From: Lama glama
Lineage: Eukaryota
Direction: 5' to 3'
DNA: 64,000 nucleotides
NCBI GenBank assembly: GCA_028534125.1
Contig: JAPYYK010000045.1
Span: 310,001-374,000, forward strand
The position numbers and the translations under genes were made by a program. This document shows positions 1-11,653 of the stretch, piece by piece. The notes below the pieces were generated by a model that saw only the letters and a program-made list of their open reading frames with translations, did not search any database and had not been told where the DNA came from. How positions within the stretch are numbered: position 1 is the stretch's first letter; every line of letters starts with the position of its first letter.

Positions 1-1555
1 ATTCTGCTTTAGTCAGAAATCTTTTTTAAGATAGAATAAGTTGATCTTAGAGTATCTGTTTGGACTTGGGTTGAACGTCTTATTTAAAGATGTGGGAAGT
101 TTGTCAGCTACCAAAGGTAGGGTAGTTAACCTCTTGACCTCTTTTTAAACCCCGGTTTCTTCCTTCTGCCTCTGACTGCCCTCTAGGTGTCAGTTTGTGC
201 GAGTGGCCTGTGACCCTGTGACTCTGTGGGAGGGACACCGGTGAGCTCGAAACTGCTGGAGCTTGTTTTTTATGATTACAGAGGTAGCGCGTTATGCTTT
301 AGGAAGCGCGTGAAGTATGGGAGAGTAAGAGGAGCATTTCGGGGGGTGGTGCTTTCAGGGGCCGCGGCGACGGGGATGGTGTGCGTGCACTCTGTGGGCG
401 CACCCCCCGTGACGCACCGTCCTGCAGCCTCTGGGCCTCGTCTCCCTGAGTGGTCGTAGAAGGAACCTTTCTGTGGCCTGAGTCCAAAATCAAGAGTTGA
501 TTTTTTGTATAAACTCAGTTTCTGGCAGTGGTGGCTCCAAAAATCCAACCACCGCGCAAACGGAGGAGAAGCGGTGACGCAGTGGTGCCCGTCCCTGCGT
601 AGCTACCTCGTGAGCCGGCGTGTCCCCCAGGGCCACGTCTGGCTTCCGCCTTTTGGGCATTGCTGACCAGTCAAGCCCCGACTCCTCCGTCGTGCCTGCT
701 CATGTTGCTGGACCAGAACTTCACACGTTGGAATACTTGTCTCCTCGTGAATCACTCCCCCTCCGTTTCCCCTTCATGTTTTAGTGTTGTTTCTGCATAA
801 ATTTAGCTGAGTACTTCATGTAAGAGCTTCGTTTCCAGTTGGGGTGGGCGTCTCAGAAAACACTTGTCACAACGGGGGCTTCGTACCCCTTTAAAGAGCA
901 GGGAGAATTGTCCGCGTCCTTCACGCACAAGAAGGTGCTGAAATCCTGCTGAGCCTTCTGCTGGTGGTTTTCCCAAGTTGTGCTTTTCAAGAACAGCTGA
1001 CGACTTTCTCAAGAGCAGGGTCCTGCCCAGCTGGGCGTCCCCAGGTCCACACGCCACCGACGTGGACGCGCTGGGAGGGTCTTCTGAGTGCTGGCTTCAG
1101 CTCTCTGATGGGAGTGGTCCTGTGCTGGGACTCTGCAGCCTCCGGGAGGCTAGCTCCCCTCAGTGGGGTCCGAGCACTCCCGTGGTCACTGCGGTCTTCC
1201 TTTCTCCGTGGGCGGCATGGCCAGAGCGCCTCCACCCTGATGTCCGCCTTCCAGCCCCAGGCCTGAGGTGCCGCGTCAGCGTGGGGTTTGTCTGCAGGCC
1301 TGCCCACAGGACGGGGGCGGGGGCACTGACGGTCATCGCTGTCCTGGGCTGTCGGGGATTGGGCAAGTGACCCGTCCCCATCTCCTCCCTCCATGTCCAC
1401 GTTCCTCCGCAGGGTCAGGAGTCAGGTAGCAGCCACTTACAGACACGGGTTTCTCTAATCAGGAAGCCGTGACATTATGTCCAGGTGGGTTCCCGTGCAG
1501 CCCCTAGATGCCGACACGGGCGCCTCTGCAGTACCTGCTTCCCCAGGTTTTAAAC

Positions 1556-1683
1556 TTTTCTTTTGGGGGGGGTGGTAATTAGGTTTATTCATTTATTTAT
1601 TTACTAGAGGAGGTGCTGGGGACCGAACCCAGGACCTGGTGCGTACCAGGCACGCACTCTGCCCCTGAGCTGTACCCTCCCCC
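1556..1683 (-). mobile_element. tRNA-derived SINE, camelid Vic-1 type
   Basis: Minus strand reads GGGGGAGGGTACAGCTCAGGGGCAGAG...CCTGGGTTCGGTCCCCAGCACCTCC (A- and B-box-like), then an (AAAT)n AACCTAATTACC C-run/A tail. This matches the recalled camelid SINE structure. Confidence 0.85.
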
Positions 1684-2166
1684 TGAACTGTTTTCTTATA
1701 CCGGGAAGCACACCGACGGCCCTGACTCCTGGGCAGGAAGAAGGGACACTCAGCCCTTTAGCAAACTTACAGCTCAGACTAAAACTCTAAGTGCGGTCTT
1801 GGAGCCACAGCTCTGCTTCTGTTTCTGAGGCTTTTGCAGGTCATAGAAGCATTTTAAGAGGGAAATAACATGTTTGGGTGTCACGTAACCAAATGAAACA
1901 TTCTGTGCTTCACGATGGTGCTTTACCTGCGGGCTGGGGGCTTTGGGAAGGGTTCGGCCAGATGGGTAGGTCACGGGACTGTCTGTGCTGACAAGTGCCA
2001 AGGCTTGCGTTTCTCCTGTGTCCAGCGAGGCCCCTTGCAGGCTGTGGACAGTCAGCGCCCTGTCTGATCCCTCGAGAGGGCAGGCATTACGCCAGTTCTC
2101 CAGCAGCACGGGCTGGGGCGGTGGTGCAGGCCGGTCCGGTCTTCATAGTGGCACGTAACCCAGAGG

Positions 2167-2345
2167 CCAGGACTCGGCAGACTTCCCACGTCAGGGGCCT
2201 GGTGCTAAGTAGCTTCTGCTCTGGGCCACGCCGTCCATCACCACTACTCAGCTCCACTGCTGCGTGAACAGTGTGTCGTACTGGGAGTGCCTTGTTCCAG
2301 TAAAACTTTATTCACGGAAGCTGGCTGGTGAAGCCTCTGCTCCAG
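2167..2345 (+). mobile_element. MER58-like hAT-Charlie DNA transposon remnant
   Basis: Motifs 'actactcagctccactg' and 'tgttccagtaaaactttattcac' match the recalled MER58A consensus. Confidence 0.7.
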
Positions 2346-3959
2346 GTTACAGACTCAGAAAGTGTCTGCTGGTGTCAGCATGACTCAAACACCTGCTTTT
2401 CCCCATTCGAGCACTTCTTTAGTAAGTGAGCATTTTTCCAGTTCCTGATTCCTTAGTATCTGCTGGCAGTTGGTGGTCAGGGAAGTCACCTGTTTGCAGG
2501 GTGCATGACCCTGTCCTCACCGGGACCAGCCTTAGGGATTGTGGTCACCCTGCTGAGCGTCTCCTGGTGACAGAAGTCAATGTCATGCAGTTCAAGGAAA
2601 AGGCTCGTGTACCTCGGAGTCTGCGTGGTGGCCCCAGCCCAGCGCCGCCCGGAGGCAGAAGCTGCCATCCCAACTGTGCCATCTCCTTCGTGCAGACCAC
2701 GGAGACGAGGCACCCTCTGTCCTGGTGACTGCGTGTCCAATGCCCTCGCTGGATTGGGTGAGCTTCCCTGAACCAGCCTCTGTAGCCGGGGATGGGTGGT
2801 CCTGAGTTGGGTCGTGGAGTGTGGTGGTCACGACCCTAAATCAGGAGCCTCTGCACTGCTGCGTCCTCTGTGACCTCGAGGAGGGACGATGGTGCCTTCA
2901 CACCATTGGGAGGGTCCTGGCGAGTGCTGGTAGCAGGGCTGGTGGGGTGGGTGCCTGCAGGACACGGGAGCCCCGCCACCAGGAGAGTAGGGAGGGAGTA
3001 GGTGCCAGGAGCTCCCTGCGCCGCCCCCTACGCGGACAGCACCCTGGAGGACAGGGACGTCGCCCGGCTCGCGGGGGTGCTCAGGAGGTGGGGGGCCGGG
3101 TCGGGGTGGTGCTGACCTCGCTCCCTGCCGACTGCACTTTGTGATCAGGATGCCCACGGGGGCTGAGAGCGTCTAGTCAGTAGCGTCTGCTTTGTGGGCC
3201 GAGCTCCGTGGTTTGCAGGGGTCAGACAGGTCTCGCCGTTGTGCCGTCAGGAGGCCGTGGTGACACCCAGGCTTGTGCGTCCCTCGCCCACCCGCCAGGC
3301 CTGCCTGCCCTCGCTGTGGCTCCTGCGGGACCTTCCAAAGGAGCGAGAAGCACAAGGTCCGCCCTGCGGAGCCCGTGCCACACGTCCCGCCAGTCACCAG
3401 GGAGAGGTCGCTGCAGGGCCAGCCGGGGAGGTGTGGCCGCCTGTCACTGTCAGGCCCTCAGCCGGCGGTGTCCAGACCCCCGTTTCCTCTGTGTGTTTAG
3501 CTTCTCATTTGCAGGATGCTTTCAGAGAGAGGGCCTGACTCAGCCACCCAAGACTGTCTTAGTATGAAAACTAAGGAGGCTTTATAGGAAACAGCCTTGA
3601 GAGGTTCTGGGCTCAACTGAATGGCTTCCTCAAGGCAGCTCTGCCTGCCCTCAGTCTCAGCATCACCCCAGAAGACCAGCGCAGACAGCGCAGTCGTGCA
3701 GCCGGTGGGGCTGAGGAAGGAGCGGAAACTGGGAGTGGTGACCCCAGCTCCACCCTCAGTGACAGCACATCGCAGCGGACACGCCGCTCCCTGCTGGGCA
3801 TCTAGGGTAGCTCCTTCAAGAAGGTGTCTTCCAGAACTTACTTTCTAAAAATGTTGGGGCTTTTAACTGCAACCTGAGCTTAAAGGGATAAATTTGATTT
3901 AGGTAGTAAGGATTATTAGGAACCTATTTTAAAATGGAGTAGTTGACAGATAGAAGGAG

Positions 3960-4200
3960 GGGTACGTCGCCTCACTGGTATTCAAAGCTGTAAAGGACAA
4001 TAATGAAATAGGATTTTTTTCACCACCCAAAGCAGACAGATTTGGGAAGATTGTGGCCAGTTTAGCTGAGAGGACAGTGAAATGGGTCAACCATCAAAAG
4101 CCTTAAGTTGGCCTTTTTGGAAGTCTATCTCTAGGAAACAGTCCTAAATATAAAAAAGAGGGGAAAAGGCTTCCCTACAGAAATGCCGTCACCAGGTGTG
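3960..4200 (+). mobile_element. Old L1 (L1ME-like) 3' fragment
   Basis: A-rich island with degenerate similarity to the L1 ORF2 3' end ('acaataatgaaataggattttttcacc', 'ggaagtctatctctaggaaa'). Confidence 0.45.
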
Positions 4201-7200
4201 TTCTGCGTGAAGCTCCGTGAATGCAAGTCATTCGGGAAACGCTAGTGCACCTGCTGTGGGCGGCACCATCCGTGTGGCGGTCTGAATGGTCCCCTCATTC
4301 GAGACCTCCTGGAGGTCCAGCCTTCTGGCGGCAGTTCAGTAACTGGACCCCAGCAGCAGAGGCTGCAGTCACCACTGGCTTCGACTCTCCTGGGCCGCCG
4401 GCCACTCGGGGCTGTTTCCTCTGAAGAGCTGGCAGCATGGGATCCAGGGTCGAGCGACGTCCTGGGTGGATGGCACCGTCACCGCTGAGCCCAGTCTCGG
4501 CTCTGGCTCTGCTGGGGGGGTGGAGACGAGGGGCGGCGTGCGGACAGCACTTTCCTGCCCTTCTTTGTCTTCCGGACTCTCTACTGAGCCCGTTGCTCGC
4601 ATGATCGTTTCTGTGCCGTGGCAGCACAGACTCTCAGAGTGCACGGGATCGGACGTGAAGTGAAGGCTTTTGCACGAGGGCAACCCCTCCTCGACCGTCG
4701 CCATTTCTGCCATGTGGAGCCTCACGTGGACGCCGCCCGCACCTCTGTCCACACACGCAGCCGTCTGGGTGCCCCATGCCTTCCAATTCAAGCCGTGTTG
4801 TGGGACCGCCTTTGAAGCTGGGTCTGTGAACTAAAACACCAGGTATTGTGGCTGCTCAAATTTATTAACGAAGCTGCCAAAAAACATTAATATGTGGGAA
4901 GCAGCCACAGAATTCCTGAAAAACTGGTAGCGTGCACCAGACTTCAGCAGTGCCCCTGGGGTCTTGAGGACCTTGTGGTTGGAAGCCAGGCTCACCTTCC
5001 AAAAGGCATGTCCCCACCCTGCTGTGTCTGAGGAGACGGGCAGTGGTGCGGGACCTGCGGCATGCCCCAAAGCAGACTGCGAGGGGGTTGCGGTTCAGGT
5101 CCGGGCCCTCAGAGGATCCCATGTCTTGCGCTCCGGCTGAAGTCACAGAGCGATTGTTCGCAAGCTCGGCCGTCTCGCAGCCCCGGCTCCACTCCGGCCC
5201 TCACGAGGGCTGATGGGGAGGCCCTTTCCCGGTCCTCTTAGCCGGAAGCATTCCCGAGTTTTGTTCTGCAGTCAATGTTGTTTTCTGCTCCGGAAGAGCT
5301 TGAGAGGTGCCGATGGGGACCCTTGAGCTGAGAAGGCGCTCACAGACCTTTCTACTTTTGAAAGCAGCCAGTTCCAAGAGCTTGTATGTAGCATAAGAAA
5401 ACAAAGCCTTCTGGTTTCACAGTCTGACAGGACTGTGAGGGTTGTTCTCGGCAGTCGTGCTACTTGGCGCACAGTTCTGTAGGTGTGTGTGCACGTCTGC
5501 AGGTGTGTGCTCTGCCCTCAGAAATGAGGAGAACCAGTTTGGCTGTGCACCATCTGTTGCTCCCCCTGCCTCTGCGTTCTCTCCTTCCTCATAAACTCTC
5601 CCGTCTTTGCCTCCTCAGTCTTCACTAGGTGCAGGTGTTAGGCATGTTTGTTTTAAGCACGTGAGCATCGGGACCCCTTCTCCAGGCTGGTCGTCTGTCA
5701 GGTGGTTCACGCAGCAAGCAGAGCAGCTGGAATGCGTCTCTGGACGTCGTGGTTACGGCGCGTTTGGGCGGCGTGCACACAGACTGAAGAGCGAGGCACC
5801 ACAGCCCCCGCTTCCCGTGGTGATGACGCTGCGCATCTGGAGCTGTCGCTTTCCTGGGAATTTAGGGACAGAGGAGTTGGAATTCCAGGTGCGCCTTTCC
5901 TGAGGTGACAGTAGGGCTGTGCTGGTCCCTCTAGTGAAAGCCCTCGGCGACCTTCAGGGCATCTCCACGCAGGCCGCAGACCACACAGGACTCGCGGGGC
6001 CCCTTCAGGGCGTCTGGTTGCCTGAGTGGGGGCCCCTGACGTGGGGCTGTTCTCCCGGTGGTGCTCCTCCCAGGCCCCCCCCCCCCCGTGCATGTCCTGG
6101 CGCATTCACACTCACATTCACTCCTACGTCTTCAGTTTTTGGCCCACTTTCCCTGCCTGCCTCCCGCCCCAGTGAGACGAGCCGCCACTGCTCGTGGCCG
6201 TGCCCTCTTCTCAGACAAGAGGAGGACCGGAGGGCGGGGCAAGCCGGGTTCTCCCCTCGGCATCTGGGATGGAGACCTTGGCATCGTCCAGGAGCCGTGT
6301 CCCTGACCAGGTTTGCGTCACCACAGTCCCGGCTCTCTGCTCTGATGCAGCTGTGTGCCCAGCGCTTCAGTGGAGGCAGCTGCCCGGGACGCGTGCCTCG
6401 CGCCCAGCATGGGAGATGAACTAGCCTTGAACACACACACAGTGGGACTGCGGGGTGGCATCTCCTCCCCGCCGCTGAGGCGAGACTCAGGGAGGAGAGC
6501 CTGACCGGTCAGCGAGGCCGGCAGGGTTCCAGCCCGGCCACCCGGCCTCCTCTGTGTGCAGCGTGTGTTGGCCTGGCTGCTCTGGGAGTCCTCACGGGGG
6601 ACACTTTACCAAACAGATCACTCTTAGGCCATAACGTTTAATTTTCCTGGTTTAAAATAGAGGAGGAGGAACTAGAAATTACTCAAGTTGCTTGTTAGCT
6701 TCCTCTGCTAAGAAGTCTGCCCTGGAGGGCGACCCCGGGAGAGCTGAGTCAGGAAGGCCTGCAGCTGGGGTCACACAGGACCGACCGGCTTGCTCCTGGC
6801 ACGGGTGATGCACTTCATCCCAGGGGCAGGTCAACACGGTGGTTCCTGCACACAGCGGTTCTTAGTTTGCTGGAGAGTCTGTTACACTGACTACCTGGGG
6901 TTCTCTGTTTAGTTATAACAAGTAACCTGAAGTTTATAAACTCTTTTTCTCTGTCTTGCCGAGAAGTAAAACATGAATCCTGTCTGAAGTAAATTATTTT
7001 CCAAGCAGGTGGCTGTTTGCGTAGCTCACCCTGTGGAGGTCTGGGGCTGAGAGGTCCTCTGTGGACTCTTTGGTTACTAACCTTAACTTGGGAAAGAGGG
7101 TCTGGACGCTCAGCTGGGAAAGCAAAGGAGCAGGTCGCTCTTCCTGCCTGTCCCCCGACGCTCCTCCACGCCGGTCGTCTGAGTTGTGAGCGTGGTGTGC

Positions 7201-8789
7201 CCGGGTTGGGAAGTCAGGCCGGAAGGAAGATGTGGGTTGTCTCAGTCTCCGGCGCGGGGGTCCTGGCAGCGCGTGGCTGCCGTAGGACCGGAGCTCGGTG
7301 CACCCACGGGCACGGGCCCGGTCACCTCTGTCTTCACCAGGGTAAGACAGAGCCCATGTTCTCAGGGGCGTCCTCTTCTGAGTAAGAGAGGAGAAGTGGG
7401 AGAAGAGCTAAGTAACAGAAGAATCGTGAGCAAAAGAAGGAGCCGGGATTTAACTTCCTGGAGAATTTGTCTCTGACCCTCTGTTTCCGACGTGTTCTTG
7501 TGGGTGTCTCACACCTTCCTGGAGGGTCTGCACTGGTGGGTCTTTCCAGGCCCTTTGAGGCCCTCCCCCGTCACTCAGAGCTCACTTCTCTGGCCCTTGT
7601 GTTGCACTCCCTCCCGCTGGCTGTGGGTCTCAGACATGGCATCTGGCCCCCGGGGCTTGTTCCTTGTCTGCGAGGTGGAAGCGCTCACTCAGCCTTTGAG
7701 ACAGCGCTTGTGGAAACACCCGGAACCTACAGGAGTTTGCTAGTGTCGGTGCTGCCGAGAAGTAGACTCAGGAAGTGGGGGCAGCCCCCAGCCCCGTCCT
7801 CACCTGCCTGCCAGCGGTGGGACCGCCGCACGGCCCTCCCAGGAGCAGAGCAGGGCGGTGGCTGAGGTGGTCGGCCTCTTGGACACGGTGTGACCGTGGT
7901 TTGTGGTGGAGCTGGTCAGCTGCCTAGGAAGTGTCTCACATCCGGGTGGATCAGGACCCTTTATAAACTTTTTCAACCTGTGTTCTTCAAACCAGCCCCC
8001 GAATAGCCGATCGTTTCCCTGGATTTGGTTTCATAATATTGGTCATAAGAACAAAGAAGACGTCAGGACGACTAGAGGGAAAGTATGCTGGGAGGACTTA
8101 CAGGCAGAGACACCGACACCCATGGGGAAGGAGGGCGGGAAGCTCCCACGAGCCCAGTGACGTGGTCAGCCCATCGGCTCAGAGCCTCAGACCAGAGATC
8201 TGGGCGGGCGGCCATGCCCAGTGCAGAGCGCTAAACTCAAGACGTTTCAAGGCCAAATCCAGGCTCCTCCAACACCAAGCAGATCAATTCCTGTCTTTTT
8301 AACTCTGGATTTCCCTGTGGGTGACCATTCCCCCAGCCGGTGGCTCCCCTGTGCACGGCCTCTGTTTCTCCCTCATTTCTGACCCTTCTCTCCCCCAATC
8401 CTGACCCCTGACCTGGCCTTTTGTAAACCTCTGCCAAGCTGCGCACCCAGAGCTGCGCCGGGCTCAGGTTCGGGGAGCCTCCTCCTCTCTGGCAGGGGCT
8501 CCACCATGAGCGGGAATCCAGACGTCAGAGCCCTGAAGGTGCTTGACTGATGTGTCTGTCTGGGCTTTGGGACGTAAGGGCTCCAAACGTTGAAAACCTC
8601 CGAAAACCCTGTTCTCACGATTGGAGAAGTGCCCTGAGAAGCCAGCTGAGGCGTTGGGCACTGCGGGCTGGTGGGCTTTGTCCCTGGAGGCCACTTTGTC
8701 TCCACAAGCAGGCAGGCCATCTTCTCCGCCTGCAAGTGGCAGCCCCAACTCAGACTCTGAGTGGAAAGTGAATCTCTGCCCTTGGCGGC

Positions 8790-8950
8790 TGTCCAGCATT
8801 CCTCGCTGAGCAAATAGGATTTGGAATGTCAGAAAGGGGCGGGGGGCGTGTGCCTGTGCGTGCTTGTGTGTGAGAGCAGCCGGGTCCGGGGGACGGGGTG
8901 CACTTCCTCGAGCTCCTTCTCTCTCCTCCGCTCTTGGTTCCTTATTTGTA
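8790..8950 (+). promoter_or_regulatory. PPP1R12B: Putative internal promoter of the sm-M20/M21 transcript
   Basis: MCAT/TEAD motifs CATTCCT (8797-8803) and TGGAATG (8822-8828), GC box GGGGCGGGG (~8836), ETS-like CACTTCC (8901) and a one-mismatch CArG CCTTATTTGT (8940-8949), all ~0.4-0.6 kb upstream of the ATG. Confidence 0.55.
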
Positions 8951-9370
8951 GCTTTTAGGTTTTGTTTTGCACGCTGTTTAGCCTGAACGTATCACAGCAG
9001 TTGGTCACAGGGGCAGCTCCAAGCGCGTCCAGCCCAGGAGTCCAGCTCAGAGGTGGCTGTGTGTCTCTTTCTCCTGGACAAAGACACGGGAGCTGCTCTC
9101 AGGCTCGTCCCCTGGGACGTGGTCTGGTGTCTCGGGAACCTAGACTCGGGTTCTCTCAGGGAGCAGGTCTCGGTAGGAGGTGCCCTCTTGGGAGAAGCCC
9201 CGCGGGTGGCCCAGCAGCCCCGAACCCAGCACCTCCAACGCCAGCGACTGGGCTGCCGTTCACGGGGCTGGGTCCTTCCTCAGCCGCGTCCAGAGCCGTC
9301 CTGCCGCAGCTCAGAGGCGCAGTTCTGTGAAACGATCTCCAGGGCCACGCCTGTCTGCCTCCGGGGAGCC

Positions 9371-9472
9371 ATGTCCTCTCTGTACACCCGAAGCAAGGAG
9401 CTCCCTCGGAGCAGGAAGTCGCAGCCAGACTTGCCCCCCGCACCTCCCTCCCCAACCGCCAGGACTCTCCGA
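9371..9472 (+). CDS. PPP1R12B: Alternative first coding exon of the small myosin phosphatase subunit sm-M20/M21 ([34 protein letters not shown])
   Basis: Kozak GCCATG; 34 codons resembling the recalled sm-M20 N-terminus; phase-0 donor CGA|GTAAGC. Splicing to the downstream exons gives 186 aa with the terminal LZ exon. Confidence 0.9.
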
Positions 9473-9520
9473 GTAAGCAGCTCGCGTTTGTGCAGGGTCA
9501 GGTCAGGTGGGGGTGTGGGA

Positions 9521-9629
9521 GCCTGGGGGCCGGGCAGGGCCATGGGCGCGCTGTGGGGCTCGGGTCGAGGCGCCTGGGGGGCCGGGCAGGGCCGTGGGCG
9601 CGCTGTGGGGCTCGGGTCGAGGCGCCTGG
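9521..9629 (+). repeat. 51/52-bp G-rich tandem duplication (2.1 copies)
   Basis: gcctgggggccgggcagggcc(a/g)tgggcgcgctgtggggctcgggtcgaggc occurs twice in tandem. Confidence 0.95.
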
Positions 9630-10168
9630 CCTTCGGACGCAGCCTCTGCCCTGCGGCCCTCACTTGTCAGCTGCTCGCAGTGAGCCCGGCGCCCTCGTTG
9701 GGGTCTTCCCGGCTTCTCTTGGTCTCTGGGGCTTCTTAGCTGCTCCCTTTCCTGTGCTCGTGGGTCAGAACCAGGTTTTAGGAGAGGAGTCTCCCAGTGG
9801 CTGGGAGGCTGTCACTAACTCCAGTGCTGTGCGCGGTCTGCGTGTGCCCTGACCGTGTCTGAGGGTGAGCGAGGGAGAGAGAGCGAAATGGGCAGGAGTC
9901 CCGGACGTGGGTCCTGCTCCTCAGGGCCCAGGGGAAGTTCCGTGTTGAAGAAGCCGAAGAGACGACAGCTCCTGGCTGCTGGCAGCGCTGGGGAGGCGCT
10001 CCCGTCCCAGGCAGGTCTACTGGAGGCTTCTCCCTGCTTTCTCTGCTGACTGCGAGTGGCTACGCCGAGTTCCTCCATGGGAGGGAGGCCGGTAACCCGC
10101 CCGCGGCGTGCTGGAGCAGGCGAGTGGCCGGGTGTCTGCTCGTGTGCGGGAAGAGGCAGGTCACGGTC

Positions 10169-10178
10169 CCTTATTAGG
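10169..10178. promoter_or_regulatory. Consensus CArG box (SRF)
   Basis: CCTTATTAGG fits CC(A/T)6GG, ~0.7 kb into the first intron of the sm-M20 transcript. Confidence 0.55.
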
Positions 10179-11643
10179 AGGGGAAACCAAAACGGCGTGC
10201 TGTGCTCTGTTGAGTCCTTGTGTGTCCGTCCCCCGTGTGCAAATGACCGTGGGGTCCATTTGGTGTGTGGAGTGTTGGCCTGGGGCCTCAGCCAGAGGTG
10301 TTTGCTCCCCAGAATATAGGAGGTCTTTCTATAAAGCGGCTGTTCATCCGCCTAATGTGCGAGGCCAGGAGAGGCCCTGGGAGCGTCACCACCGCCGAGC
10401 ACAGGCGTTTGTTTCTACAGCACGTGGCCTGGTGCCGCCCTTCCCTGCAGAGCCGTGAGCCTCCCTGCGGCTGCTGGTACGTGTGGTGCTGTCGGGCCCG
10501 GGCCCGGGCCCAGGCGGGGCCAGCATTTCCCGTCAGACCCATGGCACCTTTTGGTGTGAGGAGCCTTTCCCAGCATAGCATGGCTCCGGTCAGCGCGAGA
10601 CACCCTTTTCTCTTCCTGTTGGGCCTGCGCCTTTTGTAGAGGGGCTCCTGCCTCTCACCTCAGTCCTCATAGCTGCCACCCACCCTCCTTCCACCACCCC
10701 AGCCCCTGACCTTAGACAGAGGCTGCCGTGGGAGAGAGCTTGAGAACTTGGATTATGGGAGCCAAAACACGGAAGGCTTGAAGGAGAGATGGCTTCCTGG
10801 CCCCAGTGTCAGTGGTGCAGGCTCCCGCCACAGTGCTGTCAGTGGCCATCAGCGTCCAGACAGCCTGAGTCTGTGCCCAAGGGGTTAGGCCTCATGTTCT
10901 CGGGATCCAGTGGGTGTCAGAGTGACAGACACACACAGCTCGCCGGGGGGCTGTTGGCACTGGCGTGCCCTCGGGCTGCAAGCGTGGTCTGGCCACACTG
11001 TGCTGCCTCTGATGCTGCTTAAAGGCGGGTGGGGGTCAGTGCCTCCCCTGTTGCAAGGCATCAGCGGGCCGTGTTCTGAACAGCCTGACGCACACAACAG
11101 CACGGGCACTGTGTCCAGTGCAGCACCGCCATCCCCGGGCCGCGAGGGAGGGAACAGGGACGCAGAGAAGTGCTCACTCTCCAGCTCAGCCGTGAGGGCA
11201 GAGCTGGTCTGTCCACACCCGCCGGCTACACGGGAGCACACCCGAGTACCTCTGCACGCTGAGGACATGCTGGGCTCAAAGTGACAGTTAAGAGCTTAGG
11301 TGGCTCAAAATCTCAGGTCGGGACGTGGGGACTTGCAGTTGCGGGGAGGGAGGCTGGGTCTGCAGCCTGGCTCCCCCCGAACCCCACACGCCTGGACCTC
11401 GGAGCCTGGAGAGGCAGGGACACCTGCACCTCCCTCAGCAAAGGCGCTGGGCACCGGCTGTGGGAGCAGCTCTCCTCTCCCCACCCGGACGTGTGTGACC
11501 CCTGCACAGCCGTCCTCCGCACTGGGACCCAGAGCGCGGCCGCCACACCGCGTTCTCCGCGTCAGAGCACCAGAAGCTCCGGCCGGGGGACGCAGCTTGT
11601 GATTCTCCTGGGCGTTGGTAGAAGGGCCAAGTACCCAACGCTT

Positions 11644-11653
11644 CCATATAAGG
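11644..11653. promoter_or_regulatory. Consensus CArG box (SRF)
   Basis: CCATATAAGG fits CC(A/T)6GG. Confidence 0.55.

Noticed and set aside
1612-1683. tRNA gene
   Set aside because: tRNA-like head of a SINE with degenerate A/B boxes and a SINE tail.
3030-3056. REST/RE1-like half sites (also ~39748 and ~52047)
   Set aside because: Only one half matches or the spacing is wrong; expected by chance at this GC content.
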